The notes: generated by a model from the sequence alone, not told the origin. DNA of 64,000 nt from Patescibacteria group bacterium (GCA_028688055.1 JAQTYZ010000003.1:1191-65190); one strand, 5' to 3'; positions 40,143 to 49,630 are shown, counted from the first letter of the stretch. Translations and numbers: made by a program.

Positions 40143-41480
40143 ATGATTATTACCGAACAACTTCTGAACGAATTTGAGCTGCATTCCCGCGATGTGGTCA
40201 GATTTAATAATGTCGCTGAGGCCAAGACGTTTGTCAAAGAAATTTGGCCGGATATTTCGTCCGATCAAGATTGGGCCCGGGAGCATCCGAAGCTCTACGA
40301 CCGACTTAAAAAGCTTAATAATATTAACAATATTTTGTTAATATCAACAATGAATGATGAAGGTTTTTTGGAAATATGTGAGGCTGGTTTGGAGGTGTAC
40401 TTTACCGATATGATTGAAGACATAGATTTGTGGGAGTTAATTCGGGCGAAGTTGGTGGCGATGGTTGATTTTGAAGCCCGGGATAAGTTTAAAGAAAAAA
40501 TTAGAAAATCGCTGTTGCGCAACAAGGGGGTTATTTCATCAAGAAAAATTTTAAGAAATAATCAAGAGTATACGCCGTCAATTGCCGAATGGCTGGTCGA
40601 CTATACGAGCGCGGTTGGAGTCAGTGAAGCTGGTACGGTAAAAATGAATGAGTATTTTATCGCCAGTAAAAACTACCAGCAATTAAACGGCAAAGAAAAA
40701 GATGCGGTCCGACAGCTGATCAGTATTTATGAAAGATTGAAAAAATCTTCCGCCAAACCGGACGGATTGGAGGAGCGAGTTTTGGTTTCTGAAAATGGTC
40801 GATTTGCCATTTTTCGCGACGGCAGTTTTGAAAGCATTGATCCTAAATTGCAGGCCTTATTAAAGGCAGCTAATATCAGTATTAGTGGTTCGTCAGATGA
40901 AGACCAGCCGCCGGTTATCATTAGTCAGACAGCCGCGGCGGTTGAAAAAACTGAAGGGCTTGAAAAAGATCAAGCGCGAACAATGACCGTGTCGGAACAG
41001 GAAATTTATAATGCTTATCAAGGTGATCCAAGGCAAAAAAGTGCCATTGCCAAAGAGGAAGAAAATTTAACCAAGAAATTTGGCACGGATGAGGTAAAAT
41101 TAAGGGCCGAGTTTTATCAGGCCGTTCAGAAAAAAAATATTAACTTAACCATCGCTATTATTCGGCGCCTGGCCGCGCTTGGTGAATTGGTTAAATTTTT
41201 GCAAACGGATGTAAAATTAAATAATTTTTTGACAAAAACTTGGGACAAGCGATATGGACAAGCTTTTGCTGATGAATTTGTTAAAAATCCCGACCAACCT
41301 AAGTTCATCAAATTATTTTTGCGTTATATTTTAGAGGAACGTTTGGGGATGAATTCTAGCGATGCCGCGCGCGTGGGACTACACGTGGCCAATGTTTTTG
41401 TAAATTCCGGTAAAAAAAGTTATAATAAAGTGGCTTATTTCGATATTAAGACTAAAACGTTTAATTGGTTTGAGGGGTAG
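40143..41480 (+). CDS. hypothetical cytoplasmic protein (445 aa)
   Basis: Long ORF with coherent composition and no recognisable motifs. It lies within the T4SS-like block. Confidence 0.6.
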   Translation: MIITEQLLNEFELHSRDVVRFNNVAEAKTFVKEIWPDISSDQDWAREHPKLYDRLKKLNNINNILLISTMNDEGFLEICEAGLEVYFTDMIEDIDLWELIRAKLVAMVDFEARDKFKEKIRKSLLRNKGVISSRKILRNNQEYTPSIAEWLVDYTSAVGVSEAGTVKMNEYFIASKNYQQLNGKEKDAVRQLISIYERLKKSSAKPDGLEERVLVSENGRFAIFRDGSFESIDPKLQALLKAANISISGSSDEDQPPVIISQTAAAVEKTEGLEKDQARTMTVSEQEIYNAYQGDPRQKSAIAKEEENLTKKFGTDEVKLRAEFYQAVQKKNINLTIAIIRRLAALGELVKFLQTDVKLNNFLTKTWDKRYGQAFADEFVKNPDQPKFIKLFLRYILEERLGMNSSDAARVGLHVANVFVNSGKKSYNKVAYFDIKTKTFNWFEG

Positions 41481-41817
41481 GGTTTAGGATGGTGGGAAGT
41501 AGGAGAGTAGGTGTTAGCCTTAACAGTCACGTCATACAAGGCATGCTAAATTCTCTGAGAATGACAAATAAAGTAGTGTCATCCTGTCCGCCGGCTGGCG
41601 GATCAGGATCTAGGAGATAAAGAACCCTGTCATTGCGAGCCACGACGTTAAGCCATGGGCGAAGCAATCCCCCTCTAATGAATTAACTAGGCAGATCGCC
41701 ACGTCGTCCTAGTTGACGCAGGTGAGATGGACTCCTCGCGATGACGCAGAGCTAATTATTACTAATAACTAACAGTTACTCCTGGTTTTGGGGACAGGTG
41801 AGGAAAGGAATAATAAA
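41481..41817 (+). ncRNA. structured 5' leader of metK (candidate riboswitch or cis-regulatory RNA, possibly SAM-responsive)
   Basis: 337-nt ORF-free gap containing nested helices: an outer GUCAUUGCGAG/CUCGCGAUGAC, inner CGACG/CGUCG and GGCGA/UCGCC, and a separate AUCCUG-(CCGCC GGCU GGCGG)-CAGGAU element. An anti-SD-like ACUCCUGG lies about 20 nt before the GAGGAAAGGA SD. No SAM-I consensus is present. Confidence 0.3.
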
Positions 41818-42990
41818 GTGTTGACCAAAGAAAATCATAAAAGCTACGTGTTTACTTCAGAGTCCGTCACGGAAGGACATCCTGATAAAATTTGTGATCA
41901 AATTTCTGACGGTATTTTGGATGCGGCCCTGACCGATGATCCAATGTCGCGCGTGGCCATTGAAACCCTGGTAACCACCGGCTTAGTCGTCGTGGCCGGC
42001 GAGATGACTACTTCGACCTACATTGATGTCCCAAAAGTTGTTCGTAAAATCATTAAAGATATCGGTTATACTGATCCGACCATTGGGTTTGATGCCGAAA
42101 ATTGCGCTGTCGTTACGTCAATTGATGCCCAGAGTCAGGATATTTCTCAAGGTGTCGATGAATTGGCCAATAAAGAGCAGGGTGCCGGCGATCAAGGAAT
42201 GATGTTTGGCTATGCCACTGATGAGACGCCGGAATTTATGCCTTTGCCAATTGTTTTAGCGCATAAATTAACTCAGAAATTGGCGGAAGTAAGAAAGAAT
42301 GGGACGCTGCCATGGTTGCGTCCTGACGGCAAAGCGCAGGTGAGCGTCGAATATGAAGGCGGTAAGCCAAAACGACTGACGGCCGTTGTTGTTTCAACCC
42401 AGCACACCGCCGAGACATCGCTTGAGACAGTTGAAAAAGAAGTGAAGGAAAAAATAATTGTCCCAATTTGTGGTGAATTTATTGATGGTGAAACAAAATA
42501 TTTTATTAATCCGACCGGCCGGTTTGTCATTGGCGGACCGCACGGTGACAGTGGCGTGACCGGTAGAAAAATAATTGTGGACACTTATGGCGGACACGGC
42601 AGTCATGGTGGTGGGGCATTCTCGGGTAAAGATCCCTCAAAAGTTGATCGCTCAGCTTCTTATGCTGCTAGGTATATTGCCAAAAATATTGTCGCGGCGG
42701 GAATTGCTAAGCAGTGTGAAGTCCAAATTGCCTACGCGATTGGCGTCGCCGAACCGGTTTCATTGCTCGTTAATACCGGCGGTAGCGGCATAGTGGACGA
42801 GGAAAAAATTGCTCAAGCCGTCCGAAAAATTTTTCCGCTAAAACCGGCCGACATCATTAAACAATTGAATTTGCGTCGACCCATCTACATCAAAACAACT
42901 TGTTATGGCCATTTTGGCCGGACGGATCAAGATTTTACCTGGGAAAAGACTGATAAAGTAGACGAATTGAAAAAAGAGCTGGGACTTTAA
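41818..42990 (+). CDS. metK: S-adenosylmethionine synthetase
   Basis: [52 protein letters not shown]. Start assigned to the GTG after the GAGGAAAGGA RBS; the ORF track extends to the TTG at 41788. Confidence 0.92.
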   Translation: MLTKENHKSYVFTSESVTEGHPDKICDQISDGILDAALTDDPMSRVAIETLVTTGLVVVAGEMTTSTYIDVPKVVRKIIKDIGYTDPTIGFDAENCAVVTSIDAQSQDISQGVDELANKEQGAGDQGMMFGYATDETPEFMPLPIVLAHKLTQKLAEVRKNGTLPWLRPDGKAQVSVEYEGGKPKRLTAVVVSTQHTAETSLETVEKEVKEKIIVPICGEFIDGETKYFINPTGRFVIGGPHGDSGVTGRKIIVDTYGGHGSHGGGAFSGKDPSKVDRSASYAARYIAKNIVAAGIAKQCEVQIAYAIGVAEPVSLLVNTGGSGIVDEEKIAQAVRKIFPLKPADIIKQLNLRRPIYIKTTCYGHFGRTDQDFTWEKTDKVDELKKELGL

Positions 42991-43016
42991 TAAAAATTAA
43001 AAATAAATGTTAACCA

Positions 43017-44123
43017 ATGATTCTGGAAGATAAAAATAATGCTGATGATTTTTTTCGGGCTTTGGGACAAAATCTAAGCGCGGCTAACCCTCCAGATGAT
43101 GAAATTGTTTTCCGAGATGATGATGGTAAATTGAAAATATTAAAAGGAGGGGCAATTTTGGATTATAGTCAAGATGCCGTTGGGGCCGAAGAAAAATCCG
43201 GGGTTAAGCTAGAAGCGGTTAGCGAGTCAAATGCTGTCTTAACTAACGTTTTGCCCCAGCCAGATTCAAAATTGGATAATATTGCGGAACAGATTATTAA
43301 GGACTCAGGTGTTACCTCAAAGGATGATGATTATCGTAAAAGATTTAAAAGTATTATTTTATCTAGGCTTAAGGATGTCAGAGATCAAGTACAGACTCGA
43401 GAAGCGCTGCTTAGTTCGTCAATGGTGGGCGGTGTTGACTTAAATAATCAACAGGTAGATAAAATACTTGGTTTAATCAGCGCTAGCCTTGATCAGGTTC
43501 ACAGTGATATTAGAACAGCCATAAATAACGAACCATTTTCTGATTTAAGAGCTGAGGCGCAGCAGATATTGTCGGAACCTGAATTAGCGCAGAAGCCTGA
43601 ATTTAAGCCTGTTATCCTGGTACCAGAAAAAAAAGTTGAAGTTGAGCCGCCAGCCAAGCCAGTAGCAATACCAGCCCCGATGGGCTTTAGCACTAATCCC
43701 GTGACGGCCAGACTAGGAGCAAACCCGCCTAAAATAACGCCCATTGTTGAAAAATCAATTGGCAAGCCAAAAGTTGAAGATGTTCGGTTCAAACCGCGCT
43801 TAACCGGTCCGGTGGAAGAGATTAAAAGTATGAAGTTAGTTGATTTCAGACGATTAGCCCAATCGCCAGCACAGGCCATTGAAAAGATTATTGGAAAAAT
43901 TGATTTACTTGAAGCGGAAGCTTTTACCAAAAAAACGGAAGCCATCAAAGCTTGGAAGCAAAATGAGATCAATCAAATGTATATTGAATTGGGTGATCAA
44001 AGTATGGAAGAGCGTAAGTCAATTTCGGACATTATTGCCGAGCGCCAGTCGGGGGGGCAACCGACTTTAACCGAAGAAGAAGTTGATGCGATTATCGAAT
44101 TAAATAAAAGGCTAAGATATTAG
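43017..44123 (+). CDS. hypothetical acidic protein (368 aa)
   Basis: ORF with a 2-nt gap to the next gene. Charged, with no TM. Confidence 0.55.
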   Translation: MILEDKNNADDFFRALGQNLSAANPPDDEIVFRDDDGKLKILKGGAILDYSQDAVGAEEKSGVKLEAVSESNAVLTNVLPQPDSKLDNIAEQIIKDSGVTSKDDDYRKRFKSIILSRLKDVRDQVQTREALLSSSMVGGVDLNNQQVDKILGLISASLDQVHSDIRTAINNEPFSDLRAEAQQILSEPELAQKPEFKPVILVPEKKVEVEPPAKPVAIPAPMGFSTNPVTARLGANPPKITPIVEKSIGKPKVEDVRFKPRLTGPVEEIKSMKLVDFRRLAQSPAQAIEKIIGKIDLLEAEAFTKKTEAIKAWKQNEINQMYIELGDQSMEERKSISDIIAERQSGGQPTLTEEEVDAIIELNKRLRY

Positions 44124-44124
44124 G

Positions 44125-44583
44125 ATGCAGCAATTTGTGGTGCCACAATTCATTGATGTCGAAGATAAAATTTTGGGACCAATTACCGTTCGCCAATTTA
44201 TTATTATTTTAGTCGGCGGTGGGATTGACTTTGTCGCTTATAAGCTGTCTGATTTTACCTTATTTTTATTGCAGTTCGTTATTGTGTCGTTGATAAGTTT
44301 TATTGTTGCTTTTATCAAAATAAACGGACGACCCATTCACTATTTTTTGCTTAATGTTTTTCAAACCGTTAAAAGACCGAAACGCCGGGTCTGGCAAAAA
44401 ATATTTTCGACCGCACTTTTGAAAAGCTATTTGAATATTAAGGAAATCAGATTGCCACCAACCATCACCACCAAGAATAAAGTGAGGGCATCGCGTTTAG
44501 CCGAGATGTCTTTGATTGTTGATACCGGTGGGGTTTATCAGGGTGAAAAAGAACCGCCAAATTCGACTAATGAATTAGTATAA
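44125..44583 (+). CDS. VirB3-like small membrane protein (two TM helices)
   Basis: 152 aa. A hydrophobic hairpin (FIIILVGGGIDFVAY...FLLQFVIVSLISFIVAFI). Its position immediately upstream of VirB4 is typical of VirB3/PrgI/TcpD. Confidence 0.45.
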   Translation: MQQFVVPQFIDVEDKILGPITVRQFIIILVGGGIDFVAYKLSDFTLFLLQFVIVSLISFIVAFIKINGRPIHYFLLNVFQTVKRPKRRVWQKIFSTALLKSYLNIKEIRLPPTITTKNKVRASRLAEMSLIVDTGGVYQGEKEPPNSTNELV

Positions 44584-44605
44584 GCCCGCTAATTTTTAAC
44601 TGGGT

Positions 44606-45286
44606 ATGAAGTCAAATAAACTAGCAAACAAAAAGATTAAGGCATCAACGCAACACTTTTTGGATGTGGCCGAGATTAAAGAAGACTGTGTGCTATTAAA
44701 AGATGGGACGTTGCGCGCTGTTTTACTGGTTTCAAGTATTAATTTTTCGTTAAAATCTGAAGATGAGCAAAATGCTATTATTGCGGCTTATATTGGATTT
44801 TTAAATTTTTTGGAATTTCCGCTCCAAATTGTCATTCAGTCGCGTCAGCTCGACATCGATGGTTATCTTGATCGGTTGAAAAAGATTGAAAAAGAGCAAA
44901 CCAATGAATTATTACGAATTCAGACCGCTGAGTATCGCCAGTATGTCAGTGAGTTAGTTGACTTGGGTGAAATTATGAATAAGCGATTTTATGTTGTCAT
45001 TCCTTACGATCCATTATCTGACAAACAAAAATCATGGTTTAAGCGTTTACTTGGCTTGTTTACCGCCGCCAAGGAAGTTAAATTGAATCAAGACGCTTTC
45101 AGCAAAAGACGACACGAATTATTTCAACGAGTCGACCATATCTTATCCGGACTTGCTAGTATGAGTCTAAAATCAGTGGTTTTGGATACCCAGAGTTTGA
45201 TTGAACTTTATTATAATACTTATAATCCCGATGTTTACAGTAAGGAAAAATTGGTGGAGATTAATAAGCTTAGGATTGAAGAATAA
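44606..45286 (+). CDS. VirB4/TrbE N-terminal domain protein (split VirB4, part 1)
   Basis: HFLDVAEIKEDCVLLKDGTLRAVLLVSSINFSLKSEDEQNAII fits the CagE/TrbE/VirB N-terminal pattern (..tkdGsl.a...l.g.d..s.see..). It ends 2 nt before the ATPase ORF, in another frame. Confidence 0.55.
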   Translation: MKSNKLANKKIKASTQHFLDVAEIKEDCVLLKDGTLRAVLLVSSINFSLKSEDEQNAIIAAYIGFLNFLEFPLQIVIQSRQLDIDGYLDRLKKIEKEQTNELLRIQTAEYRQYVSELVDLGEIMNKRFYVVIPYDPLSDKQKSWFKRLLGLFTAAKEVKLNQDAFSKRRHELFQRVDHILSGLASMSLKSVVLDTQSLIELYYNTYNPDVYSKEKLVEINKLRIEE

Positions 45287-45288
45287 TT

Positions 45289-47217
45289 ATGGCTATAAGA
45301 CCAAGCGACATTTTGCGTGAAGAAAAAATGGCGGCCATGGAGCCGTCGGATAATTCCACCCCCGAAGAAAAAAGAGCGAAAGAAAAGCAGGAACTTGAGA
45401 GTCAGAAGATAGTTTTGGAAGAAGAAAAGATTTATCGTGAGGGGGTAGTATCCATTAAGGATTTAATTGCTCCGGCGGCAATGGAAGTGACGCCGACGTT
45501 TATTAAGTTGGGTAATAAATTTGTTCGAACTTTGTTTGCGATTGGTTATCCGCGCTACATTGCTGTTGGCTGGTTCGCGCCGATTATTAATATGAGTGTG
45601 ACTTTGGATATTGCGATGTTTTTTTATCCGGTTAAGTCCGATATTATTTTGAAACAGCTTCGAAATAAAGTTGGTGCTTTGGAAGCGCAGATTTTGGCCG
45701 ACCGAGAAAAAGGTGCCCCGCGTGATCCAATTAGAGAAACCGCTCTGCGCGATATTGAAAAATTGCGGGACGATTTAACACAAGGGGTTGAACATTTTTT
45801 TCAATTTGGTTTGTATGTTACCATTTACGCTGATTCTAAAGAAAAATTAGACAGTATGACTGGCGACATTGAGTCGTTATTCGGTTCTCGTTTAGTTTTT
45901 TCAAAAAAAGTTTTGTATCAGGCCGAACAAGGTTTTAACTCTACTCTGCCGTTAGGTAACGATGAATTGATGATTGGTTTTAATATGAATTCATCGCCGG
46001 TGGCTTCGTCATTTCCATTTATTTCCTCGGAGCTTACATCCGATGAAGGAATTCTATATGGTATTAATCGGCACAATAATAGTTTGATTTTATTTGATCG
46101 ATTTTCGTTGCAGAATGCCAATACGGTTGTTTTTGCCACCTCCGGGGCTGGAAAAAGTTATGCTATTAAACTTGAAGTTTTACGAACGATGATGTTTGGG
46201 ACGGATGTTATTGTTATTGACCCTGAGCGGGAATATAAACATTTAAGCGACGCCGTCGGCGGAACTTATGTCAATATTTCTTTAAGTTCAGACAGTAAAA
46301 TTAATCCATTTGATTTGCCCCGAGCCGTTGGGGAGCAGCGAACGTCAGACGTTATTCGCGGTTCAGTTATTACCATTAAAGGTTTAATCAGATTAATGCT
46401 TGGCAAATTAACTCATCAAGAAGATTCAATTATTGATCGCGCCCTTTTGGAAACTTACGCTAAAAAAGATATCACCTCAGAATCAGATTTATCAAAAGTT
46501 GAAGCGCCGATTATGCAGGATTTTCAGGATGTTTTGGAAGGAATGGAAGGTGGTGCTGATTTAGCCCTTAGATTAAAAAAATATACTCAGGGTACTTTTT
46601 CGGGACTATTTAATAGCCCAACAAATGTGGATATGAAAAACCAGCTGGTTATTTTTTCTGTTCGAGATTTAGAAGATGAATTAAGAGCGATGGCGATTTA
46701 TACCATTGTTAATTACATTTGGAATGTGGTGAGATCGGAATTAAAAAGACGGATCTTAATTATCGACGAGGCCTGGTGGTTAATGCAAAACGAAGATTCG
46801 GCCAAGTTTATTTACGCCTTAGTCAAACGCTGCCGAAAATATTATTTAGGGGTTACCAATATTACTCAAGATGTTAACGACTTTTTGTTGTCACCTTATG
46901 GGCAGGCCATTGTTAATAATTCGGCGATGCAATTATTAATGAGGCAGTCACCGGCTTCGATCGAATTAGTCCAAAAAACATTTCTTTTGACGGAAGGAGA
47001 AAAATATTTGTTATTGGAATGTGGTGTTGGTGAAGGAATATTTTTTGCCGGTGATAAACACGCGGCGATCAAAGTTGTTGCTTCTTATACTGAGGATCAG
47101 CTCATTACTTCCGACCCGAGACAGATTTTGGAAATTGAAGAGGCAAAAAAAGAATTTGAGAAATCGCAGGGAGACAGTGGCCTTGGCGAAGAGGCGCTAA
47201 ACAACCCGAATAATTAA
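45289..47217 (+). CDS. virB4: VirB4/TraC/TrbE-family type IV secretion ATPase (part 2, with Walker A and B)
   Basis: TPTFIKLGNKFVRTLFAIGYPRYIAVGW (VirB4 central block), Walker A VVFATSGAGKSYAIK, Walker B RILIIDEAWWLM. 642 aa. Confidence 0.85.
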   Translation: MAIRPSDILREEKMAAMEPSDNSTPEEKRAKEKQELESQKIVLEEEKIYREGVVSIKDLIAPAAMEVTPTFIKLGNKFVRTLFAIGYPRYIAVGWFAPIINMSVTLDIAMFFYPVKSDIILKQLRNKVGALEAQILADREKGAPRDPIRETALRDIEKLRDDLTQGVEHFFQFGLYVTIYADSKEKLDSMTGDIESLFGSRLVFSKKVLYQAEQGFNSTLPLGNDELMIGFNMNSSPVASSFPFISSELTSDEGILYGINRHNNSLILFDRFSLQNANTVVFATSGAGKSYAIKLEVLRTMMFGTDVIVIDPEREYKHLSDAVGGTYVNISLSSDSKINPFDLPRAVGEQRTSDVIRGSVITIKGLIRLMLGKLTHQEDSIIDRALLETYAKKDITSESDLSKVEAPIMQDFQDVLEGMEGGADLALRLKKYTQGTFSGLFNSPTNVDMKNQLVIFSVRDLEDELRAMAIYTIVNYIWNVVRSELKRRILIIDEAWWLMQNEDSAKFIYALVKRCRKYYLGVTNITQDVNDFLLSPYGQAIVNNSAMQLLMRQSPASIELVQKTFLLTEGEKYLLLECGVGEGIFFAGDKHAAIKVVASYTEDQLITSDPRQILEIEEAKKEFEKSQGDSGLGEEALNNPNN

Positions 47218-47223
47218 TTTTTT

Positions 47224-47823
47224 ATGAACATGAGCAGAAGAAACAAAATAATCATTGGCGTCGCAGTTTTGATTCTAATTGTTTTATTAATTTCATTTTT
47301 GGCGTGGTGGTGGTATGACCGAAAGCAGGCGGCCAATTCTTTAATAAATACCAATAGTACCGCTGGGCAGTTGCCTGGCGAATTGCCAACGGCTTCAAGT
47401 GGTTTACCGACAACGACGGTTGTCGTTAAACCGGATCAAGAAGCGATCATTAAGGCAGTGGCGATGACCTTTGCCGAGCGTTTTGGCAGCTATTCCAATG
47501 AAATTAATTTTTCTAATCTTGATGACTTGCAAAATATTATAACGGTAAAAATGAAAACGTGGGTTGATAATTATAAGGTTAGTGAAGTTGCCAAAATTAG
47601 CGGCAGCAACTATTATGGTATCACTACTAAGGCACTGTCCGTCAAGATTAATTCGATGGATGACATAGCGGGACGGGCGGAAGTTGTCGTTCAAACTCAG
47701 CGCGGAGAAGCTAAGGGAAGTTCAATTAATCCCAAGATTTTTTATCAGGCCATTAATCTGTCAATGATTAATGACGGCAGTGGTTGGAAAATTGATTCAG
47801 CCGATTGGCAAGCCATTAAATAA
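47224..47823 (+). CDS. bitopic membrane protein (N-terminal TM plus roughly 170-aa extracytoplasmic domain), possible VirB8-like component
   Basis: TM IIIGVAVLILIVLLISFLAWWWY. Its size and topology fit VirB8/TcpC-like proteins, but there is no motif-level support. Confidence 0.3.
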   Translation: MNMSRRNKIIIGVAVLILIVLLISFLAWWWYDRKQAANSLINTNSTAGQLPGELPTASSGLPTTTVVVKPDQEAIIKAVAMTFAERFGSYSNEINFSNLDDLQNIITVKMKTWVDNYKVSEVAKISGSNYYGITTKALSVKINSMDDIAGRAEVVVQTQRGEAKGSSINPKIFYQAINLSMINDGSGWKIDSADWQAIK

Positions 47824-47853
47824 TAATTTTTCAACATAGCGCAAACTTGAGCT

Positions 47854-48513
47854 ATGTTGAAGCTAGCCATAAATACTTTAGTAAATTTATTTTTTCCAGT
47901 TTACTGTTTAGCTTGCGGTAAAACTGGGGAATGGTTTTGTCAGAGCTGTGTCAGTAAATTGCATTTTTCAACAGAGTCGCTAGCGGTTAAAAATAATCGG
48001 CACGCAACTGATGGCATTTGGGTTGTTATGGCGCCCGGTCAAACCAGCGTCGAAAAGCTGATAAAATATTTTAAATATAGTGGTGTCAAAGACATTGGAG
48101 AAATTCTGGGGAGCCAAGCGGGCGATTTCCTTAAGGCAAAATTTAAGGAATTGCCGCAACTGAGGTTTGATGCGGTAACTTCCGTACCAACCTCAAAGCG
48201 ACGTTTTAAATGGCGAGGTTACAACCAATCGGAAATATTAGGCCAGGTAGTGGCAACAAAGATTGGTCTTGAATATATTGATGGTCTTCAACGTGTGAAA
48301 TATATTCGGCCACAGGTTGGATTAAATTCTAAAAATAGGGTAAATAATGTTAAGAATAATTTTGCTGTAGCGTTGGAATTCGAGCCGATTAATAAGAATA
48401 TCTTGATTATCGATGATGTCGTGACTACCGGTTCAACCATTAATGAATGTGCGGCAGTTTTAAAAAAAAGAGGCGCTAATTTAGTTTGGGGTGTGGCAAT
48501 CATCAAGGGTTAG
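47854..48513 (+). CDS. comFC: ComF-family (ComFC) phosphoribosyltransferase-domain competence protein
   Basis: N-terminal CxxC...CxxC zinc finger (CLACGKTGEWFCQSC) and PRTase motif ILIIDDVVTTGSTI. Confidence 0.8.
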   Translation: MLKLAINTLVNLFFPVYCLACGKTGEWFCQSCVSKLHFSTESLAVKNNRHATDGIWVVMAPGQTSVEKLIKYFKYSGVKDIGEILGSQAGDFLKAKFKELPQLRFDAVTSVPTSKRRFKWRGYNQSEILGQVVATKIGLEYIDGLQRVKYIRPQVGLNSKNRVNNVKNNFAVALEFEPINKNILIIDDVVTTGSTINECAAVLKKRGANLVWGVAIIKG

Positions 48514-48558
48514 AGGCTTTACAATGGTAAAAATTGATGTTATGATATCAGAGTTTCT

Positions 48559-48624
48559 GGAGAGGTGGTCAAGTGGCCGAAAGCGCGTACCCCGCTAGGG
48601 CGGGGCGAGCTGCTAACGAGGTAT
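48559..48624 (+). pseudogene. partial 5' copy of tRNA-Ser (acceptor, D-arm and anticodon-loop region) with an extra 23-nt hairpin insert
   Basis: ggagaggtggtcaagtggccgaaagcgc and ctgctaacgaggtat duplicate the 5' half of the intact tRNA-Ser at 48872, with a few substitutions. CCCCGC-TAGG-GCGGGG is inserted where the anticodon-stem 5' strand should be. Confidence 0.6.
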
Positions 48625-48871
48625 TGATCGATCTACGATGATAGCGGTTTATATTTTAAAGTCGGATCAGGGTAAGCATTATATCGGTTCCACCGTTGAT
48701 CTTGATGTAAGGTTGCGACGACATGCACTTCGAACGGCTGCTAAAACCACTCAGCAAGGGGTCTGGAAATTATGTTATTATCATCAATGTGACTCCATTG
48801 AAGACGCGCGTGCATTGGAAAAGAAGGTAAAATCGTTTAAGGGAGGAAATTCATTTAAAAAGATAATCAAT

Positions 48872-48964
<93 letters not shown>

Positions 48965-48982
48965 CGCAAAAAAAATAAAAAT

Positions 48983-49498
48983 ATGTCAGACAATAACGTT
49001 GAAAAAAATATTTCCGCTGATCAGCCAGACTACGGTGAAACTCTAATGGCGTGGGAATTTTATGAGTTCATCAAACATGATCGCTCGCGATTTTGGTATT
49101 TTGGCGCCGGCTTAATTGCAATGCTGTTAATATTGTTCGCTTTTTTAGCAAGCAATATATTATTTGGCTTTATCGTTATAATTGCGTCACTGATTATTTT
49201 AATGTTTCATCGCAGTGATAATAAAATAAAGTTTCAAATAATGGAAGATGGTATCTTGGTCAATACCAAGTTTTACGAATATAAATCCCTGAAGAATTTT
49301 TATCTTATTTATGAACCACCGGAAGTAAAAACCCTTTATTTTGAACCCAAGTCAATGTTTAGTCCTCGTATTCCAATTACGATTGAGGATCAAGATCCTA
49401 ATGAGATAAGAAAAATTTTAACTAAATATTTGTCTGAAGATTTGGACCGGGAAAATGAGCCAACCTCCGATCAGCTGTCGAGGATGCTTAAGTTGTAA
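48983..49498 (+). CDS. hypothetical membrane protein (171 aa, two TM)
   Basis: Hydrophobic hairpin (WYFGAGLIAMLLILFAFLASNILFGFIVIIASLIILMF) and a charged C-terminus. Confidence 0.55.
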   Translation: MSDNNVEKNISADQPDYGETLMAWEFYEFIKHDRSRFWYFGAGLIAMLLILFAFLASNILFGFIVIIASLIILMFHRSDNKIKFQIMEDGILVNTKFYEYKSLKNFYLIYEPPEVKTLYFEPKSMFSPRIPITIEDQDPNEIRKILTKYLSEDLDRENEPTSDQLSRMLKL

Positions 49499-49509
49499 TT
49501 CCTTTTTTT

Positions 49510-49586
49510 GTCCCTATAGCTCAGCTGGATAGAGCGCAAGCTTGCGGAGCTTGAGGTCGTAGGTTCGACTCCTACTGGGGACACCA
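49510..49586 (+). tRNA. tRNA-Arg (anticodon GCG), CCA encoded
   Basis: GTCCCTA-TA-GCTC-AGCTGGATA-GAGC-G-CAAGC-TTGCGGA-GCTTG-AGGTC-GTAGG-TTCGACT-CCTAC-TGGGGAC-A-CCA. All stems pair, with G at position 37. Confidence 0.85.
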
Positions 49587-49595
49587 TATTAAAAA

Positions 49596-49630
49596 TAAAA
49601 ACCGCCCCGTTGATTGGGGCGGTTTTAAGT
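49596..49630 (+). terminator. intrinsic terminator (bidirectional potential) after tRNA-Arg
   Basis: aaaccgcccc-gttgatt-ggggcggtttt forms a 10-bp GC-rich stem with U tracts on both sides. Confidence 0.6.

Noticed and set aside
41499-41630. A small ORF in the metK leader (MVGSRRVGVSLNSHV..., 44 aa)
   Set aside because: No convincing RBS and a low-complexity product. The region is better explained as structured RNA.
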